Assembly: GCA_907165135.1 (NCBI GenBank)
Contig: OU015566.1
Span: forward strand, 13,640,001-13,704,000
Direction: 5' to 3'
Length of the DNA stretch: 64,000 bases
DNA from: Oikopleura dioica
Lineage: Eukaryota; Animalia; Chordata
Part shown: positions 11,957 through 22,218 of the stretch, in pieces
How positions within the stretch are numbered: position 1 is the first letter of the stretch
Layout of the letters: the number at the start of each line of letters is the position of its first letter
Program-made: the position numbers and the translations under genes
The notes under the pieces: model-generated
Seen by the model: the letters and a program-made list of their open reading frames with translations, nothing else
Told to the model about the DNA's origin: nothing
Database searches by the model: none

Positions 11957-12780
11957 ATGCTGCGTCGATTCGGTCCTCTGAGAGGGTTTTCTGCAAGTTT
12001 TAATTTGAATAATGGGATTATTACGATAAAAGAATTGGAAAATGCGATGAGTGGGAAAATTAACGATTTCGAGAGAGAAAATTTGAGAAAAATTTTGGAT
12101 AGAAATAATGATGGATCTGTTCAGACGAAAGAACTAGGCGTTATGGTTGAAGGTAAAAAAACGATAAAATGAGCGGAATTTGAGCGGCTTAAAAGCTCTT
12201 TTGAAACATTCCGCCCGATTTCCGCTCATGTACATTATCATCGAATACAGTATTCGAGTTGCTAGTAAAGCTTTTTTTAAATCGCCCGATTGCCACTCGA
12301 AAGAATGAGCGGGATTCGAGCGGACCAAAGACCAACCGCTTAAAAATATCAGGATCGCTCGAGCGCCCCATCTTCTTATCGAAAATTTTAGGCTCGATTC
12401 TTGAGTTGGAAAAGATCATAATCGAAACAATCGACGACGTTTTCATCGACCTGCCGACTCGAAATTTCGCCGAATTCATGATCATCCTCGCCCGCCGAAA
12501 AACCGGAGAAAACAAGATCAGAGTTTTGTTCGAAGAATACGACTCTGATGGAAGTGGATCTGGTAAAATAAAGCGCTAGAAATCACTCAAATAACCATTA
12601 ATTTTTTAAGTTCAAAAAGAAGAGATCAAAAAGTGGCTGGATCAACACGGAAAACCAGTTTCAAAAGCTCAAGCTGGCAAGATTTCCGACGCAATGGACG
12701 TTTCTGGAGACGATAGAATTTCGTATGAAGAATTTTTGACGATGATCGCGGCGAGACTCCTTGTTTTGAATCTGCAATAA
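11957..12780 (+). CDS. Calmodulin-like multi-EF-hand protein
   Basis: EF loops DRNNDGSVQTKEL, DSDGSG... and DVSGDDRISYEEF lie in consecutive mini-intron-separated exons. Stop at 12778-12780. Confidence 0.75.
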
Positions 12781-12953
12781 ATGATAACTAACATTTCACA
12801 AAATTGATGAATCAGTTACTCCCATGATGAGAAAAATCAGGTTTTTTCGAGATTTGATTGGAGAATCAATGGTTACTCATAAAAGTTGCTTCTTGACGGA
12901 AATTCTTCTCTTTTTTGGCAGTTGACTTCAATCGAGATTTTCAGTTTTGAGAG

Positions 12954-15028
12954 ATGGCGGGAGACTTCATTTTTAGCCGATATTTTGAGGACACCCTCTA
13001 CGACGAGTTTATCAGAGCAGAAAGCGAAGGAATGGTCAACAGGTACAGTAACAATTCATAAAGGAAGAGCAGTAATGGTTATGAAAATTTTTGAAGTTAC
13101 GAGCGAATGGCAATTTGGGTCCAGGACAACCTCGGTCTCAGAAATCTCGACGAAGATGCTAAAGAAAGAGTTCAAATTTGAGTATATTTTTCATTTCCGA
13201 GCATTTTTTGAACTTGAAAGAAGCGGGGCTGATCGAGAAGGTGGAGCAAGTCATCGAAATGCAGTGCTTTGAATGGCGGCTCTATCAGCACTGTGTTCAC
13301 AACAAAGGTACAGTCACAGAACGAAAAAGTCCAATTTTTTTTTCTTCTAGTGATCGACAGAGTCAATATTCTTCGGGAAGCAGAGCATCTTCGGACGACA
13401 ATTTACAGGAAAGATGCGATTTATAGCTTTGAAAAAGAAAAGACATGTTTTTCATCAATAAACAGCGATCACAAGACTCTGAAAAAGATGCGACTTGGAC
13501 AACAACAGAAGTGGTACTTGGAGTTTCGCAACAACTTCGACTTGCGAGAATTCGACGAAGAAGAGCGACAGTCAATCTGCGAGAAACTCCTGAACAAATC
13601 GACCAAGTGCTGCTGCCATGTGAATGGAAATCCCTTCCAACAGGTAAGAATCGTCCAGGAAACGTTTAATAACATAGGTCATCCCCTTGTTACCAGGATA
13701 AACGTTGGCGAAAATCTGAATTTAGCAGGATAAACCCCAGGCAAACTTGCCCCCATGTTAGCAGGATAAACTTTGGCAAAAGGGCTCATTGTTAGCAGGG
13801 TAAACTTTGGCACTCAATTAACAGGGTAGCGTGAATCATCAGCGCTCGCCCAGGGCGTGACGTAACAGTTAGCCCGAGGAGGACTCAACCTGCTGGAAGA
13901 AAATGCCAATGAAAAATATCTTCATAAAATCTGCTTGAAAATTTCAATATATATTTATAAATTCAGTATTTAATACAAGTTAACGATTTTATCATTATTA
14001 ATTTTAATTTTGATATTTATTCATATTTTTAAATTATTTATTTTTAGGGCTTAGGAGGGTAGGCACCAGAGTTGCAAATTTGGCTTTATTTTCGCTGAGC
14101 TGAGTGAGCTGAGTTGAGCTATTTTTTACTGTATTTTAGTAGTAAAATTGTGTTGAAATCATTGAGCTGAGCTGAATGATTATCGACGATAATTTATCGT
14201 CTGAGCTGAGGAGATCAGTTCACTTTTGAAAATCACTGAGCAGTCTCAACTCACTTAACTCAGCAAATTTGAAACTCTGGTAGGCACATTATACAGTATT
14301 ACTAATACTGTATTAGAAAGCTCAGAAGCTGAGCTTTACTTTGACTATTGATAACGGGGTGATCTCGTACCTGGCCCTTTTCGGACTCTAACCATCTTTC
14401 AAGAAGAAAAATCTCCAAAGTTGATCCCGAGTGATCCCAGGTAACCCCAACTTGACCTCAGGTCAGCAATGATGCAGATATTATATCCAATATTAGATAT
14501 ATAAGATATTAGTCCCTATATTCTATAATGATATGGGCTATACTTCACCGAAGTCGCTTGATCTAATGAATGGCCTCGGAATCCTGTAAACAGGAACAGA
14601 GACAGGAACAGGGATTTTATTTTTTGGCCCATTTTGATTTAAAAAAATTATATATTAAAATTAAAATTAAAAACATAAAATTGTTCACTTGTATTTCAAG
14701 CAGATTTGCTTCATTCGCATTTTCTTCCAGCAGGTTGAGTCCTCCTCGGGCTAACAGTTACGTCACGCCCTGGGCGAGCGCTGATGATTCACGCTACCCT
14801 GTTAATTGAGTGCCAAAGTTTACCCTGCTAACAATGAGCCCTTTTGCCAAAGTTTATCCTGCTAACATGGGGGCAAGTTTGCCTGGGGTTTATCCTGCTA
14901 AATTCAGATTTTCGCCAACGTTTATCCTGGTAACAAGGGGATGACCTATGTTAATTCGTGTCTGGTAGACAGATGAAGACGAAGATGTGAAGACAGAAGA
15001 TACCGACGATGAAATTATTGATCTGTAA
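12954..15028 (+). CDS. Hypothetical protein; last intron (13644-14968) expanded by a composite MITE
   Basis: Exons read MAGDFIFSRYFEDTLYDEF..., LNLKEAGLIEKVEQVIEMQCFEW..., RLGQQQKWYLEFRNN...CCCHVNGNPFQQ. The final exon 14969-15028 (TDEDEDVKTEDTDDEIIDL*) joins in phase 0. Confidence 0.55.
13672..14951. mobile_element. Non-autonomous DNA transposon with perfect TIRs of about 235 bp and a TA target duplication (Tc1/mariner-like signature)
   Basis: 13672-13906 is the reverse complement of 14717-14951. TA at 13670-71 and 14952-53. Each arm carries 4 spaced (C/G)CAGG(A/G)TAAAC motifs. Confidence 0.9.
14067..14279. mobile_element. hAT-type MITE nested inside the 13672-14951 element
   Basis: TIRs cagagttgcaaatttg / caaatttgaaactctg. 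Exact 8-bp duplication gtaggcac at 14059-14066 and 14280-14287. Internal GCTGAG repeats. Confidence 0.88.
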
Positions 15029-15128
15029 ACAGGCTTGCAAAGAAGGACCCATTGTGTTCAAATAATTATTATTTCCGCTCTAAAAATTGACGCTATTTCA
15101 AAACTGAGTTACGCTTTTTATTCTCAAA

Positions 15129-15935
15129 ATGTATACTTTTTCTGACCTGGCTGTCGATACAGGCGATGCAACTGATGATATCAAAAATTTTATCACGACT
15201 CAAACAAGAGTCGTTCAAGAGCGAGTTTGTTATGAGTTTAATAATGAGAAAATGGACGAAAAGTGAGTTGAGAAGTTTTATATTCTGTTTACGGCAATTT
15301 TTTAAAGAAACATAGCTTCTATGAAGAAAATTAACGAAGCGATCCGCTTCAATCGGTTTGACGATTTGTCGAATTTGGAAGAGGTCTGGGTTTTCGGCTA
15401 CGGGTCGCTGATTTGGCGCCCCGTTTTTCGTCACTCAGAGAAAATTGTCGGCAAAATTAATGGCTTTCATCGACGGTTCTACCAATCAGACATGACGTAC
15501 AGGGGCACGCCGGAATATCCAGCACGAGTTGCGACGCTTCTGAAAGATCCAACTGGAAAAGCAGAGACCTACGGCTGCGCGTTTAAATTGTTCGGAAAGA
15601 ATGAGATTTCTGCGGGGATAAAGTATCTCAACACGCGAGAAGGAGAAAACGGAGGCTATAGCTTGATCGTGGAGGAGTTTCACAGTTGCGAGAGGTCTCC
15701 TATTCCAGTCTTGGTGTACACCGCGACGAGGGAAAACTACTATTTCACAGGAAAACAGCCCTTGGAAGAACTCTCTGACATTATTGCGAATGCTAGCGGA
15801 TTGACTGGACCGAATACAGAATATCTCTTTCGAGTGGCTGAATGGCAACGGGAGTTTTTACCACTCGTTGAGGACGATCATCTTTACGAACTGACGCGAA
15901 TGACGAAAGAGAAGGTCGTGAAAATCGAGAAATAA
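15129..15935 (+). CDS. CHAC: ChaC-family glutathione-specific gamma-glutamylcyclotransferase; upstream exon 15129-15262, 45-bp intron 15263-15307
   Basis: Hallmark motifs VWVFGYGSLIW, GFHRRFYQ, RGTPEYPARVATL, YLNTRE and GPNTEYLF. The upstream exon joins in matching phase 2 through GT-AG. Confidence 0.92.
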
Positions 15936-16248
15936 AAATTTATTCTGCTCTGTGATTTTTTTATTAATTCTTTGAGCATTGCCAATTTTTGAAAAAATCA
16001 GGCGTTGACGACGCAGGAAGCATAGTTGACGTCGTTGTTGACGGCTTCGGCATAGGCGGTGGCGTCTTTTTCGAAACCGATTCGTGCTTTTTCGAAGCAC
16101 ATTTCGATGTCTTTGCCTTGCCAGTCAACAATGTCGATTCCGTGGATCTGGACGAAGACAATGTCGACCCAGGAATGTTTTCCAACTCCCCAAATAGCGG
16201 CGTCAGAACCTCGGGCGCTAGAAAAAATACATGAAAAAAAATTATATA

Positions 16249-17429
16249 CAGAAAAAAATTATGAAAAGAGTAGAACTTACATGAACTGAAGAGTCTTCTT
16301 GGAAAAGTTTCCGTTCTCCTTGTAGGCGGTCTGGCCAGAATAAGCGTAGACAGGTCGATTGTCCGTAAAATCAATGCGGAGTCGTCCATCATCGATGGCT
16401 TTTAGAAAATCGGAGCCACAGAAGAACTGGCCAAAGGTCAAGAAACCGAGGTACTCGGTCTTGTGGAGATTCCACTGCTTAATCAGGTACTTGATCTGAA
16501 ATAGTAGCGTTGTGAGTAATGAATCATTATGATACTGTATGTATCAGATGTTGACTCGAAGCGGCAAGAGAATTTTTCAGTCGTATCACAAGGAGCATCA
16601 ACCCAGTCGAATCGTCCACTGTAGCCAGTTAGGACACAAGGCTGAGAGTCGCTATTTGGTTGGATAGACCCAAAACTTCATGTATCCCATTCAATAAATG
16701 TCACATTTGATCCGTCCGCATTTAGCCACTGCAAAGTGTCGCCATTTTGCTGCTCGTAGCCGAGCCATTCCCGCCTTGGCCAGACTTGGCGACGATAAAT
16801 TCGATACTCTCGCTCATTTCTAAAGAAGGACGGAAAGCCTGAGGCTCCTGGAAAGTATACTTCGGCAATTTTTCGGCACATATCTTTAGCCTCAACGTAA
16901 TCGGTAATCATTTCGTACTGGACGAACCAAACTGTTCCTTCGGAAGAAATCGTCGTTGTTGTCGATGGCGTCGTCGTTGGCCGAGGAATACAAGTGAAGG
17001 AGGATCCATCTTCATTGTTAGAACAGAACTCATTGTCGGAGCAATCGTGGCTGGCGCAGGGTTGTAGTTTCTCGATTGAGCCTTCGTGTCGTAGATAAAG
17101 CTCTAGCTGCTCACCTCCCCAAGGAAAAAACCTTCTGAGTTCCCCATTATCACCAAGACAAAGCAGTTCGGTATCAGCGGTGTTGCTCCACGCGTACTTG
17201 TTGCTGTCAGTTGCATGTGCCGTCCATCCGCGATCGCCAAAAGCAATTCGTTCTATAGTCCACCCATCGCACCAGTAAACGTCGCGGCCATTTTCAAGTC
17301 CATCAGCGGTGCAAGAATGGCCTCCCCATTTCATGACCACAGTTTTGAAACAACCAAGCGGCGTTTTTTCGAATTCCGATTGGCCGGTACAGATTGCGAG
17401 GCTTCCATCTTCATCAGATCCGTCGTAGC
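16249..17429 (+). repeat. Copy 1 of a 1181-bp direct duplication (copy 2 at 18456-19636)
   Basis: The sequences match at offset 2207 from cagaaaaaaattatg to ccgtcgtagc. The two ORF translations are identical over the shared part. Confidence 0.95.
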
Positions 17430-18452
17430 GTACCCAAGAAAACAGATCGAACGAGTGGCCAACCCGAACTATGACGAAACCAAGCCCTCTTCCCCTAAAA
17501 ATCTCCAATATCATGAAGTAGAATTCAGAGATTTTAAAGGTAAAAATTGAAAAAAAACCAAGCTTATTTATTTTGAGATTTTCGACTTTACTGGAATCCC
17601 TCCGCCTGGTGTACAAGACCGATATTTATTCTGGAGCTGACTCGTCTTTCGACTTTTTGAAAGAAAAAATCCATCGCAGCGTTATTTGATGTATATCGAT
17701 AACTGCCCTGCTCACAAGCTTCTTCCAAAGTTCAAAAATCTGGACTTGTGTTTTTTCGACCAGGGACTACAGGAAAAGTTTGATCAGTGTTATTTTTATC
17801 TTTGCGCGAAAAATATAAAATTTATTTTCAAACAAAAGAAGGTGTATACCAACCCTGCGATAATCTTGTTTTTGTAATTTTAAGAAGAAAATCCGCTGCT
17901 TCCTCGATGATTTTATTGTCGATCACGATCATCTGAATATCAAGGAGGAAGAGCTCGTGAAAAAGCCAACGAAATCTTCATGAACATGAACCCTGGAATC
18001 TTCAAGCGAAGTTGGATCAATACGGGATTGATCAAAGAAGAAGAATACAAGGATACTGTTGAAGAAGTCGAGGGCTTGGACGTTTTGGAAAGTATCTTGG
18101 AGAAACAAGATGAAGAAGAATTGATCGAGCATTTCCTGGCGCTTCAAATCGATGAAACACAAGCTGCAACCCCGATAGATATTGAGGAAGAACCGCAAAT
18201 TCAAGTTTCAGATGAAGCTGACATTGCAAAGCCATCGACTTCAAAATGGCCAGAAAAGCAGTCAAAGATTTCTAGCTTTTTTACTGCTAAAAAAAATTTC
18301 AATCGATTCACTGTTAGCAGAAAAATTTTCTAAAAATTAATAAAAATTATCGAGAAAGTCCTCTTAAGTTGGAATTTTTCAGGGTGACAAAATCGGCCAA
18401 ATTGACGCAAAAGTCCTCTTAAGTTGGGGCCTCTTAAGATGGAAAAAAACTG
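17430..18452 (+). mobile_element. 5'-truncated, degenerate pogo/Tigger-like DDE transposon with an intact right end
   Basis: Fragments NYDET, YLMYIDNCPAH..KNLDLCFF-DQG, FKRSWINTG and C-terminal KQSKISSFF match pogo-family motifs. The end reads ...cttaagatggaaaaaaactg followed by TA (18453-54). Confidence 0.75.
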
Positions 18453-18455
18453 TAT

Positions 18456-19636
18456 CAGAAAAAAATTATGAAAAGAGTAGAACTTACATGAACTGAAGAG
18501 TCTTCTTGGAAAAGTTTCCGTTCTCCTTGTAGGCGGTCTGGCCAGAATAAGCGTAGACAGGTCGATTGTCCGTAAAATCAATGCGGAGTCGTCCATCATC
18601 GATGGCTTTTAGAAAATCGGAGCCACAGAAGAACTGGCCAAAGGTCAAGAAACCGAGGTACTCGGTCTTGTGGAGATTCCACTGCTTAATCAGGTACTTG
18701 ATCTGAAATAGTAGCGTTGTGAGTAATGAATCATTATGATACTGTATGTATCAGATGTTGACTCGAAGCGGCAAGAGAATTTTTCAGTCGTATCACAAGG
18801 AGCATCAACCCAGTCGAATCGTCCACTGTAGCCAGTTAGGACACAAGGCTGAGAGTCGCTATTTGGTTGGATAGACCCAAAACTTCATGTATCCCATTCA
18901 ATAAATGTCACATTTGATCCGTCCGCATTTAGCCACTGCAAAGTGTCGCCATTTTGCTGCTCGTAGCCGAGCCATTCCCGCCTTGGCCAGACTTGGCGAC
19001 GATAAATTCGATACTCTCGCTCATTTCTAAAGAAGGACGGAAAGCCTGAGGCTCCTGGAAAGTATACTTCGGCAATTTTTCGGCACATATCTTTAGCCTC
19101 AACGTAATCGGTAATCATTTCGTACTGGACGAACCAAACTGTTCCTTCGGAAGAAATCGTCGTTGTTGTCGATGGCGTCGTCGTTGGCCGAGGAATACAA
19201 GTGAAGGAGGATCCATCTTCATTGTTAGAACAGAACTCATTGTCGGAGCAATCGTGGCTGGCGCAGGGTTGTAGTTTCTCGATTGAGCCTTCGTGTCGTA
19301 GATAAAGCTCTAGCTGCTCACCTCCCCAAGGAAAAAACCTTCTGAGTTCCCCATTATCACCAAGACAAAGCAGTTCGGTATCAGCGGTGTTGCTCCACGC
19401 GTACTTGTTGCTGTCAGTTGCATGTGCCGTCCATCCGCGATCGCCAAAAGCAATTCGTTCTATAGTCCACCCATCGCACCAGTAAACGTCGCGGCCATTT
19501 TCAAGTCCATCAGCGGTGCAAGAATGGCCTCCCCATTTCATGACCACAGTTTTGAAACAACCAAGCGGCGTTTTTTCGAATTCCGATTGGCCGGTACAGA
19601 TTGCGAGGCTTCCATCTTCATCAGATCCGTCGTAGC
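18456..19636 (+). repeat. Copy 2 of the 1181-bp direct duplication
   Basis: Matches 16249-17429 at offset 2207. Confidence 0.95.
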
Positions 19637-19799
19637 AATCTTGAACGTTGTCGCAGACTTTGTTGTGCAAAATCGGCCGCATGTAGCCAAGGACATCAGG
19701 ACCAATACACATCGACGTAGGAGGCATTGGATGATGCGAGGCCCCATTGTTCGGGTCTTACGCGAAAAGGAGATTTAAAGAAGAAGAAAACATGGAAGG

Positions 19800-20700
19800 A
19801 AAAAGTGAGCCTGACTGAGCATGGATTCGCCACCAACAAGCAGCAATACACTTACCTCGGACTTGGATCGCTTTTCTGGATTACAATCATGCTCATTGGT
19901 AAATATGCGGAAACTTTTCTTTCTTAAAAATTTTAGCGAATTTCGCCTCTTTGGAGAAATCAAAAATGGCAACAACTTTTCTAACATCGACTTGCCACAG
20001 AAGCTACAAAAAATGCGTTCAAATCGAATCCATGGACATCTGTGGCCATCTGATGAAGCAATGCTACGGGAGCAAAGAATTTATTCTTCCAAAGCCAATT
20101 TCGCCAATTTATCTTCAAAAAACCCAGCTGATTTTTTTCTCTGAAGAAGTAAACAAAGTGAATTTGCGCCGTTGCAAAAAGAAAAAGTTTCTCGACCAAA
20201 AAATCTGCCGCCATCTTTGCTCGAACACTCTGATTTTGAAATCAACGAGAACTCATCCAATAACGCCCTGCGAGTCCCTTTGCTTTGAAATAACGAGATC
20301 TTCTGATTCCGCGGGAGATGTTTGTCCAACCGAGAAATATTGCAAAAGAGGGTGCCCATGTCCTTTTTATGAATGCGAGAAAACGGATAATGACCAGAAA
20401 TACGTTCCTGTCTTTGATTTGAAAAAGAGTGACTACAGTCGTTCAAAAAATCAGAAAAAAGATCCAGGAAAAGTGAACAAAGACGTTATTCAGTTGATTG
20501 ATCTTTCAGAAACTCAAAGAGCAAAGAAAAAAAGCATCGTGTTCCCTGAAGGCGAAGAGTTTAACCATTATGAATGTTTTTATAACTAATTGCAATTGCA
20601 ATCAATTTAATCAGTGCAGCCGGGATAGACGTGACCTTTATAAAAACGTAAAAGGCGATTGGTGCAACTTTTCTCAACGGAGAACACTACTTGGTTGATA
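19800..20700 (+). CDS. Type II membrane Cys-rich protein (CPxxxxCxxGCPC motif); ends uncertain
   Basis: TM YLGLGSLFWITIMLI|ANFASL joined by a GT-AG mini-intron to ORF 19951..20589, which contains CPTEKYCKRGCPCPFYEC, similar to the motif at 2546-3115. Confidence 0.5.
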
Positions 20701-21126
20701 AAAAAGGAAGTTTGATGCGAGTGAGGGAAAATGGAACAGCTTCTTTATTTATTAAAAATCGTCTTTTTGAAAGGTTCGTTGATTTATATTGATACTAGCT
20801 CATCATATTTTTCGCAGAACTGGTCATTTTGCGTTTCATTTTCAATCCTCTATCGGAACACACGAAATAACGATCAGAAATGAAGAAAAAAACAGAACGG
20901 TGTTTCCCGTCGTTGTTATCTGAAAACGGTACAAAATATAGAGGAAAAATTCGATTCCTTAAAAAATTTGATAAATAAAAATTCATCATCGTAAAAAAAA
21001 CTTTTTAACCGATGAAAGCTCTCCCGAAGAAAGGCCAGACAAATGTTATTATTACGCACCCGACTACAATCTGAACAGATTTGAAACTGCCCAAGGTACA
21101 CTACTGTAATTAAAGTCCGCCAATCA

Positions 21127-21973
21127 TTGAAATCAATTCAAGGCTACATTGCAAGCAACCACTTCAACGCAAAAACGTCTTCGATCAGTTTTAGTGGAAC
21201 ATTCTTCCTGATGAGCTTGAGACTCGACAGAAGCTGGATTACGCTTTCCAAGACAGTCGCTTTAAACTCGATCAGATCAACCGAAGAGTTGGAAAAAGGC
21301 TGGCGTAAAGACGAAATCACGGTTCCGGCTATGTTCCGCGACTTCGATCCTGTCCACGTGATCCCTCTGGAACGGATTCGAGAAAAAAAAATTTTTTTCT
21401 TCAATTTTTTCTCAAATCTAAACAAGATCGACCTTGGCCATTTGATGCTGATTCTCGTTACAAGAAGCATTGATCTTTCAAATATGCAGTATTCATTGTT
21501 GCTCGAGAAAGAAGGCAAATTCATCATGCTTGGCAACGAATGGATCGGATCTCTGGTCAAGTACGAGGAAGACGCGCGTTGTTTCTCTCGCATATTTGCT
21601 CCATTCGATTTCGCTTACTCGAATGAATTCGGAACTAACAACGATGAGTGCGAGTACTTCATCAACGCCTTTTTGAACAATGATCGAATCTACCTGCAAA
21701 ACGTTGTTTTCGAAACACTTTTTGAGATTCATTTCGATTTCGGAGAGGATCTCGCATTATCTACTATATCGTTAATTTTTGATGCTTCATTTGATCCTCA
21801 AAAAAGCTAAAATCGAGCTTGATTTCCAACAGCAAAAAAGTGCGAACAAAATGCACGTGACGAGCAACCCATATTTTAAATTTCATGATGATGTCTTTCC
21901 TAATTTCGCCAAAAACGCAGTTGATAAAATTCGTGAATTTCCTCAATCAGCTAGGGCTCTGAAGAAGAAATAG
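21127..21973 (+). CDS. Hypothetical protein exons, possibly part of a neighbouring gene
   Basis: Long open frame of 227 aa with protein-like composition, plus following frame 21779..21973. No family recognised. Confidence 0.4.
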
Positions 21974-22218
21974 ACTGATGTACCGTAAAACGCCGAAAAA
22001 TCCCAAAATTTTCTTAATCAGTAAGGGGCAATTTTGAGCCCAGTAAAGCAAGTAGTTTGTCCCCACCGTATCCATTGGCGATTATTCCGGATTCGCCTTT
22101 TGCATCTTTCGACGAGTCGTTATTTCATATTTCTTCATTTGAATTGGACTTTTACGAAAAGCGAAGGCTCAATCTTGAAATAAAGGAAATAGTCTCAAAA
22201 GAAATGCTCAGTTTTAGT

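Larger units (their letters stand above)
15998..19750 (-). pseudogene. LDLa + EGF-like + Pro/Thr linker + C-type lectin + orphan C-terminal domain gene; in-frame TGA in the lectin domain; internally duplicated and interrupted by a transposon remnant
   Basis: VCDNVQDCYDGSDE (LDLa); PCASHDCSDNEFCSNNEDGSSFTC (EGF-like); WLGYEQ..W.NADGSNVTF.EW..*..QPN..C.....WVDAPC....FSC (CTLD). The last exon ends at 15998 and follows only the left-hand copy. Confidence 0.7.

Noticed and set aside
15964-16392. Ser/Thr-rich 142-aa ORF suggesting a mucin tail
   Set aside because: Splice phases favour the other frame (ARGSDAAIWGVGKH...) as the lectin gene's last exon.
16664-16700. Micro-intron or selenocysteine explanation for the lectin TGA
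   Set aside because: The only GT-AG candidate is 29 nt and leads to a frame that stops. The roughly 60-bp 3' space leaves little room for a SECIS. Kept only as a low-probability alternative.
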